Shown piece by piece: positions 58,432 through 64,000 of a stretch of 64,000 nt of DNA. The stretch lies in IMG/VR virus record IMGVR_UViG_3300025098_000016; one strand, written 5' to 3'. The stretch comes from an uncultured virus (IMG/VR IMGVR_UViG_3300025098_000016) (Duplodnaviria; Heunggongvirae; Uroviricota; Caudoviricetes). Under the pieces are notes generated by a model that was not told the DNA's origin, did not search any database, and saw only the letters and a program-made list of their open reading frames with translations. Numbering within the stretch: position 1 is the stretch's first letter; each line of letters starts with the position of its first letter. A program made the position numbers and the translations under genes.

Positions 58432-59178
58432 CTACTTAGATTGTGCTGGCAAAATGTAATTGTATGTTCCCATACCACTATCAACTGTAATTTGCATTGC
58501 ACCTTGATCACTTAGACTCATTGTTGCTTGTCCGTCCAAGTTTAAGATTGCTTGTACTTGTGCTACAGGATATGTCCATGCATGCTTTAATGTACCTTCA
58601 ACACCTGTTTGGAATACAAACTTACCTGCGTGTGTATTTGCATCACCAAAGTAAAACATTACATCAGTAACACCACTAGTTTCTTCAACTTTAATTGTAA
58701 AAGTTGTTTCTTCTGAATGTGCCGCACTTTGCAATTTCATTCTAGTAATTGCCGCTAACGATGGAGTAAATGATACATCCCATGTTGCACCTTTAAACTT
58801 AACACTTTTAAGTTTTTCATTAATAATCTCTGTTGACATAAAACGGAAATCGTTTTGGAAATCACCTGCTTCATTCTCAAAGTGAATACCAGTTGGAATA
58901 ACTGTACCATTACGATCTTGTTCGGTAATTGTAAGTTTGCTATTCTTTTGATACTCTGGATTCTTTAAATGCAATGCAAGTTTATCTAAGTTAGGCATAC
59001 CAAAAATGTTTGCGCCAAATTCAGCTACCTTTTCTTTTGTGTTTGCTGACAGAATTACACTGCGATCTTCTGCCATTGATTCAACAGTAGTACTACTGTC
59101 GTCTCCTGTTACTTTCACTAAGCTCAAAAAGCCTAAAGAATGTGTCTTTGCTACTACGTCTTGTAAAATATCTTTCAT
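58432..59178 (-). CDS. Probable DNA polymerase sliding clamp
   Basis: 248 aa, clamp-like size and alpha/beta pattern, ends ..YNYILPA; in the replication module. Confidence 0.5.
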   Translation of the reverse strand: MKDILQDVVAKTHSLGFLSLVKVTGDDSSTTVESMAEDRSVILSANTKEKVAEFGANIFGMPNLDKLALHLKNPEYQKNSKLTITEQDRNGTVIPTGIHFENEAGDFQNDFRFMSTEIINEKLKSVKFKGATWDVSFTPSLAAITRMKLQSAAHSEETTFTIKVEETSGVTDVMFYFGDANTHAGKFVFQTGVEGTLKHAWTYPVAQVQAILNLDGQATMSLSDQGAMQITVDSGMGTYNYILPAQSK

Positions 59179-59201
59179 AATACTTCTCCTATGTTCCTTT
59201 T

Positions 59202-59230
59202 ATTATACGACATTTTGTTGATAAAGTCAA
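59202..59230 (-). promoter_or_regulatory. sigma70 promoter TTGACT-N17-TATAAT
   Basis: Exact spacing, upstream of clamp and TGT-like genes. Confidence 0.75.
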
Positions 59231-59634
59231 CAACTTTTTACTCTATTTCGGAGATCACTGCTCGAAAAACGGTGCTCTCTTTTGTTAAAAAACAGTTCGA
59301 TTCCTCGTTTGGCACATATAGCCCTACCAGTAAACTTACCATTTTTGTATTCTTCACCTAAAATCCTTACATCAATATGAAGCATATTTAGAATGTCTTC
59401 TAAGTCAGTTTCTGTTTGATATGGGATTATTTCGTCAACGTACTTGACAGCACTAAGTTGTGTATGTCTTTCTACTATAGTTTGTACGGGTGAATTTTTC
59501 TCTGGACGATCAAGACTTGGATCAATTTGTAGGCCACAAATCAAGTAGTCACATTGTTCTTTTGCATCTCTCAGCATTTGTATATGACCTGCGTGGAGCA
59601 GATCAAATGTACTACATGTGAAGCCTATTCTCAT
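59227..59634 (-). CDS. Cytidylyltransferase (TagD/RfaE-like)
   Basis: STFDLLHAGH (HxGH), ER...L.A..YVDE, FSSS. Confidence 0.85.
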   Translation of the reverse strand: MRIGFTCSTFDLLHAGHIQMLRDAKEQCDYLICGLQIDPSLDRPEKNSPVQTIVERHTQLSAVKYVDEIIPYQTETDLEDILNMLHIDVRILGEEYKNGKFTGRAICAKRGIELFFNKREHRFSSSDLRNRVKSC

Positions 59635-60344
59635 TTCTTAAAGCCTTGTTCTTTTAAAAATCCATCTACTGTATATTTAGGTCTAAAGCCTAACTTATCC
59701 ATCAAATGTGTATTTGCCTGTGTTTTTGTTCTTTCGCCAATAGTATTTAACTTTACTGGCAAATCAGGTCTTATGTCCTGGATCCTTACACATTCTCCAG
59801 TACCAATGTCAATATTACCTGTTAGGTCTTTGTCCATTAATAACATAATACCATCTGTTAAATCTTCTAAATGTATAAAATCTCTTAGATGATTTGTTGT
59901 GTATTCTAATGTATTGTTAAGCAATTTATCAAAGAACATTTTAGCTCTTGGACTTTCGCTGTACACTGTATGAAATCTCATAAACAATGCATTAGGGTGT
60001 GGAATGTTTTCAATTACATTCTTACTTGCGGCATATGGATTAAGATGTGGTTCGTACTGTGAACTTGATCCTGCTACTAATACTCGAACATTATCGTAGA
60101 ACTCAAGTATACGTTTTGTTCCTTCTACATTAGTGTCCCAATACTTTTTAGGATCAGCAAGACTTTCTCTTACGCCGCCAATGCCTGCTAAGTGTATTAC
60201 AAAATCTACCTTAGGTAGTTCTGAGGTTAATATATTAGTACCTTCTTTAATATCTATACCGACAACATCATGTCCATCTACAACTAACTTTTCTTTTAGT
60301 CTTGATCCGATGAAACCTAGATGCCCTGTAATTAGTATCTTCAT
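59631..60344 (-). CDS. NAD-dependent epimerase/dehydratase
   Basis: ITGHLGFIG, HLAG, SSS, YAASK, RDFIH. Confidence 0.88.
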   Translation of the reverse strand: MKILITGHLGFIGSRLKEKLVVDGHDVVGIDIKEGTNILTSELPKVDFVIHLAGIGGVRESLADPKKYWDTNVEGTKRILEFYDNVRVLVAGSSSQYEPHLNPYAASKNVIENIPHPNALFMRFHTVYSESPRAKMFFDKLLNNTLEYTTNHLRDFIHLEDLTDGIMLLMDKDLTGNIDIGTGECVRIQDIRPDLPVKLNTIGERTKTQANTHLMDKLGFRPKYTVDGFLKEQGFKK

Positions 60345-61096
60345 GTTTCTTTCCTTTTGTTCTTATTGCTTGTTACAGCAGTTGATAATATTGGTAGTGT
60401 GGCGCCAATTACATTTGCTGAATACAGCAATGCTTCTGTATCTTTTGGAAAGCATGCTCCTCCAAAACCTTTGTCGCCATCTGGACCTGGAACTTGCATA
60501 TGACTATGTGTAATTCTTTTGTCCTCACCTACCAATGCTTTAACTTGATTATAATCTATTCCTGCTGATTCGCATAGATCAAATACTTCGTTAAAGAAAG
60601 CAACCTTGGTTGCTAAAAAACTATTGCGTAAATATTTTGTTAATATTAATTCTTCTACCGTAGCATAGATTGGATTGAATCCTTTACATAAAATAAACAC
60701 ATCATTCCAAAACTCTACATTACCTCCACCAAATAACATTGTTGTTTGATTTTTAAAGTCTTCGTTTGCATTGGCCGCAGTTAAAAACTCAGGGCTAAAT
60801 GTAATTTCTTTATTTTGTGGCTTAAGATCTTTGCGCCACCCTTCTAAACTAATTGTGCTTTTAATTAAAATAGGTTTATCACTTGGACATGCTTTAACTA
60901 CAGTTTCAACAATAGTCATATTACATGCTCCTGTTACTGTAGCAGGTGTTGGAACACAAATAACATAACCGTCGCTATCGTTATCAATAACATTATCGTT
61001 ATATTCAGGATCAACAATCTTTACTTCATGATAGTCTTTGAGTACTTCGTACACAGCCTTGCCTACAAAGCCATACCCAATTAAAGTTAGTTTCAT
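60341..61096 (-). CDS. ugd: UDP-glucose/NDP-sugar 6-dehydrogenase (lacks C-terminal domain)
   Basis: IGYGFVG, CVPTP, KST, PEFL, K...N, GFGGACFPKD. Confidence 0.85.
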   Translation of the reverse strand: MKLTLIGYGFVGKAVYEVLKDYHEVKIVDPEYNDNVIDNDSDGYVICVPTPATVTGACNMTIVETVVKACPSDKPILIKSTISLEGWRKDLKPQNKEITFSPEFLTAANANEDFKNQTTMLFGGGNVEFWNDVFILCKGFNPIYATVEELILTKYLRNSFLATKVAFFNEVFDLCESAGIDYNQVKALVGEDKRITHSHMQVPGPDGDKGFGGACFPKDTEALLYSANVIGATLPILSTAVTSNKNKRKET

Positions 61097-61308
61097 TTAG
61101 CCTCCTTCTTTGCTTGCAATTTAGGATGTGGAGTTTTATCGTTAAAGATATCTCCAGCCATTGCTTGTATTTGTTCTACTAGATGAGTAACTAACTGTTC
61201 GTCATACTCCTCACCTGGTGCCTTTTTATATTTTTCTCTATGTGCTTGAATGGCCATTCCGTGCATTGCACTAACCTTGTCCATTAGTTGTTGTATTGTA
61301 TGTTGCAT
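61093..61308 (-). CDS. Hypothetical protein
   Basis: 71 aa, SD GGAGG. Confidence 0.55.
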   Translation of the reverse strand: MQHTIQQLMDKVSAMHGMAIQAHREKYKKAPGEEYDEQLVTHLVEQIQAMAGDIFNDKTPHPKLQAKKEAK

Positions 61309-63980
61309 TATTCACCTCCAAAGTCAAACAAACTATTGAACGTATTGTTCTGTTTAGTGTCTTCTAAATCATAGTTTAGAACACCAATTAGGTTATCTAG
61401 TTTGTTATCAATAATAGTTGCTTCCATAGCATCGCCATCAAATGGCAGTTCTTTGAACCATTCTGGAATACGCAATTCATCTGTAGGGTATGCAACACTT
61501 GTGTAACCTAGCGGATTTTGTTTTAGTTTGCATACAATAACTTTCATACCGTCAACAATCTCTTGCGAGTACTTGTCACCATTCATACGTTTTAGTGTAT
61601 TCCAATTAATACTTGCTCTAACATGCCCAGGCATGTTTGCTTTACCTTGCTTTTCTTCAAGACGTTGATAGTGTCCTACTTTGTTTGCACGTTTAGGTGC
61701 ACCTTTTTCATAACCTGGACGTAGTTTAAACTCCTTACGAAATTGTGTAATACGATCTAATACTTTTCTTTCTTCAACATCAGTAAGTACCATAAGCAAT
61801 AGCTCACTTAAGAACTCCTGCATAAACACAGGTGTATCTGATCTACGCAAGTCTAAGCCCATTGCTTTTACTTTGCCTGGTTTACCATCTTCATCTGTTC
61901 TAAAGCCTTCGTTATCAATTACTAGTGCCGCATAACGCTTCTTAGTAATATACAATCCGCTTTTTGCAACAATTTCTCTACCTGCGGCAATAACGTCTGC
62001 ACGACTCTTTGGACAATGGAATGCTTGTAGCATAAAATCTATAAATGTACTGTCAACAGCATCACTTACTTGATCATAAAGTTTGATAGCGTTCTCAGTA
62101 CTCCAAGGAATGTCTCCTTTATCAATACCTTCTTTAAGCATTGGGTAAGCACTAAAGTAAACAGAGTCTGTATCACCATATATAACAGCATCACCTACGT
62201 GATCATATGTACCTGTAATAACTTTGTTTGCTTCTGCACTCATATGCTTAACAATAGTACGACCTGACAGTGTTGTTGACTGTCCAATACGTTTGTCAAA
62301 GAATCTACAACCAGGATTAAGAATAGCACCATACAAACTGTTCAAGTTAATCTTTTTAACAAGTTGTCGCTTGTCCCAGTATTCAATCTCTGTAGCATTG
62401 CCGGCATCCTTAGCCTTCTTTAACATTGCTTGTAGTTCTTTACGTTCTGAATACCAACGTTTTAGTAGTCCGGGTATAACACCTTCGTGTTCTGTTGTAA
62501 AAATAGTACCGTTTGCACTAAGCATCCAAGGTTGATTGCTATCAAATACAAGTTTATAAATCTCTGCACCTGATAATACATCACTTTGTCCGTTCTCCCA
62601 GTCAACAGTTAGTGCAGTATCACGTTTCTGTTCCATAACTGCTTCATATTCTTCTGTAGCAAAACGTCCTTCCCAACTGCCTGCGAAACTTTTCTTCTTA
62701 AGACCCATATCTTCTTTTACACGAGCATCTGAAACGTCTGGACGTAGTTGTCCAACAACTGTTGCTGGATCCATATTCAATGCACGAATAACACTAGGAT
62801 ACAGACTGTTCAAGTCCATACTAGCAATCCATTTGTGCAAGCCTTTTTTTGGAAATGCAACATAAGCACCTGCCGCTTGTGTGTTTTCTTCATCACGGTG
62901 CGGACGATTAGGTACTTGCATACCACGTCTGTGTGCTTCATTAACAATCGCTTGTTCTGTAACTGCGACAGCACCCATAGTGGTCTGTAGCAAAACAGTG
63001 TTTGCATGTGCAAGTTCGTTACTTAGATCAATAAATCTTAGTTTTTTGTCCAGCTTGTCCAGTAGTGCGGTATCTTGTATGTTGTATTCGATGAACTTTC
63101 TAAAGTCATTGTTGTACAACTGGTCCAAAGTGCCTTCATAAGGGACCTTGTTCTCACCAACTTCGATTTCGCCAATGGCATCAAGTCTATATGTGTGTCT
63201 TTCTTCATATGTATATTTACGATATAATTCCAAACTATCTAAATGCACTCTGCCTATTAGGTCAAAGGTAACAGCTGATTTACCATACTTTTCATATTCA
63301 CGTTTCTTAGGAAGTTGACCCCACAAGCAGAATCTACGTGTATCATCCTTGCTTAGTACACGGGCAGTTCTGTTTACAGTATACGGAATATCATAACCTT
63401 CACTGTTCCAACCTGATAAAATATCAGCGTCTTCAATCAGCGTTAAGAAAGTGTCAATCATTTCACTTTCTTTTTCAACTAGCATTACATTATCAATGCC
63501 TTCAATTTCTTTTTTAGCCTGCTCCATAGTAAGTGTCTTAGGCGGCACAGCAATACAGATCATTGTTTCCATCCACTGTAAGTATACAGAGATACTTGTA
63601 ATAGGCATAAACGGATCTGCAGGATCAGCAAAGCCACGCTCTGGATCAAAGTCAGTCTCAATATCAAAGAATGCAATGTTTAGTTTAGGAGCATCTTGAT
63701 TGAGATAGTTTTCACTCAAACATTGGAATATAGGATTAATATCGCTTTCAAACATCTTCTTGCCTTTGTTAATAGCAAGTTCTTTACGAAACTCCTTTGT
63801 GTTCTTACACACAATTCTACTAATTGGATCGCCGTAGATGCTTTTAAATTTACCTCTTTGATCTTCATAATAAAATGTATACTTGATTGGATATTCAGTA
63901 AACTTTCTTTTGCCGTCTTTACGTTCTACAACACGTACAATGTCACTGTCTCTATCAAATAATGCGTCTACGTAACTCAA
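61308..63980 (-). CDS. DNA polymerase, family B
   Basis: Exo I DIETD, Exo II WNSEGYD, Exo III YNIQD; DLNSLYPS, KINLNSLYG, YGDTDS, KKRY; TTG start with SD GGAG. Confidence 0.95.
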   Translation of the reverse strand: MSYVDALFDRDSDIVRVVERKDGKRKFTEYPIKYTFYYEDQRGKFKSIYGDPISRIVCKNTKEFRKELAINKGKKMFESDINPIFQCLSENYLNQDAPKLNIAFFDIETDFDPERGFADPADPFMPITSISVYLQWMETMICIAVPPKTLTMEQAKKEIEGIDNVMLVEKESEMIDTFLTLIEDADILSGWNSEGYDIPYTVNRTARVLSKDDTRRFCLWGQLPKKREYEKYGKSAVTFDLIGRVHLDSLELYRKYTYEERHTYRLDAIGEIEVGENKVPYEGTLDQLYNNDFRKFIEYNIQDTALLDKLDKKLRFIDLSNELAHANTVLLQTTMGAVAVTEQAIVNEAHRRGMQVPNRPHRDEENTQAAGAYVAFPKKGLHKWIASMDLNSLYPSVIRALNMDPATVVGQLRPDVSDARVKEDMGLKKKSFAGSWEGRFATEEYEAVMEQKRDTALTVDWENGQSDVLSGAEIYKLVFDSNQPWMLSANGTIFTTEHEGVIPGLLKRWYSERKELQAMLKKAKDAGNATEIEYWDKRQLVKKINLNSLYGAILNPGCRFFDKRIGQSTTLSGRTIVKHMSAEANKVITGTYDHVGDAVIYGDTDSVYFSAYPMLKEGIDKGDIPWSTENAIKLYDQVSDAVDSTFIDFMLQAFHCPKSRADVIAAGREIVAKSGLYITKKRYAALVIDNEGFRTDEDGKPGKVKAMGLDLRRSDTPVFMQEFLSELLLMVLTDVEERKVLDRITQFRKEFKLRPGYEKGAPKRANKVGHYQRLEEKQGKANMPGHVRASINWNTLKRMNGDKYSQEIVDGMKVIVCKLKQNPLGYTSVAYPTDELRIPEWFKELPFDGDAMEATIIDNKLDNLIGVLNYDLEDTKQNNTFNSLFDFGGE

Positions 63981-64000
63981 TTAATTCTCCCTGTAAGTAA

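Noticed and set aside
61308..63980. Intein, intron or split in the DNA polymerase
   Set aside because: Single 890-aa ORF with normally spaced motifs and no intein or homing-endonuclease signature seen
1..64000. Stop-codon reassignment as seen in some large phages
   Set aside because: Genes are intact and densely packed under the standard code; TAA, TAG and TGA all end genes at sensible junctions
1..64000. CRISPR array, tRNA/rRNA, IS/integrase or reverse transcriptase/DGR
   Set aside because: No regularly spaced repeats, cloverleafs, or transposase/RT motifs were noticed; there is little intergenic space
1..64000. Cellular or eukaryotic-virus origin
   Set aside because: Tail-collar and fibre genes, SD sites, sigma70 plus T4-like late promoters and a phage-type replication module indicate a tailed bacteriophage; the host cannot be determined from this window

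Overview
An AT-rich, gene-dense segment of a large tailed dsDNA (jumbo-type, T4-like regulatory logic) bacteriophage genome read with the standard code. It has three blocks. (1) <1-15.9 kb, + strand: virion, baseplate and tail-fibre genes, including a >2,950-aa FG-GAP-repeat protein that starts before the window. (2) 15.9-40.6 kb: a convergently transcribed island of about 35 genes, most of them tailoring enzymes, bracketed by virion genes and late-promoter-like TAA(A/G)TA motifs. It encodes 4 GT-A-like glycosyltransferases, 7 radical-SAM enzymes, 2 stand-alone Fe-S modules, about 10 Fe(II)/2OG-type oxygenases, 2 methyltransferases, and a sulfotransferase, PLP enzyme, PP-loop/QueC-like enzyme, nitroreductase, SDR and desaturase. 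(3) 40.7-64 kb, - strand: one tail-fibre-like gene plus early/replication genes with near-consensus sigma70 promoters. These include DNA polymerase B, a probable clamp, a 5'-3' exonuclease, a MoxR/vWA pair, and a 7-deazaguanine pathway (TGT/DpdA-like, QueD-like, FolE, QueE) interleaved with a GT-B glycosyltransferase, NDP-sugar enzymes, PRTase, HIT, cupin and an oxygenase. Cis-signals read from the DNA: three late motifs coupled to start-codon-occluding hairpins, three late motifs exactly 5 nt before an SD-less ATG (leaderless-type), and a possible riboswitch-like pseudoknot before folE. All functions are motif-based calls; no database search was possible.
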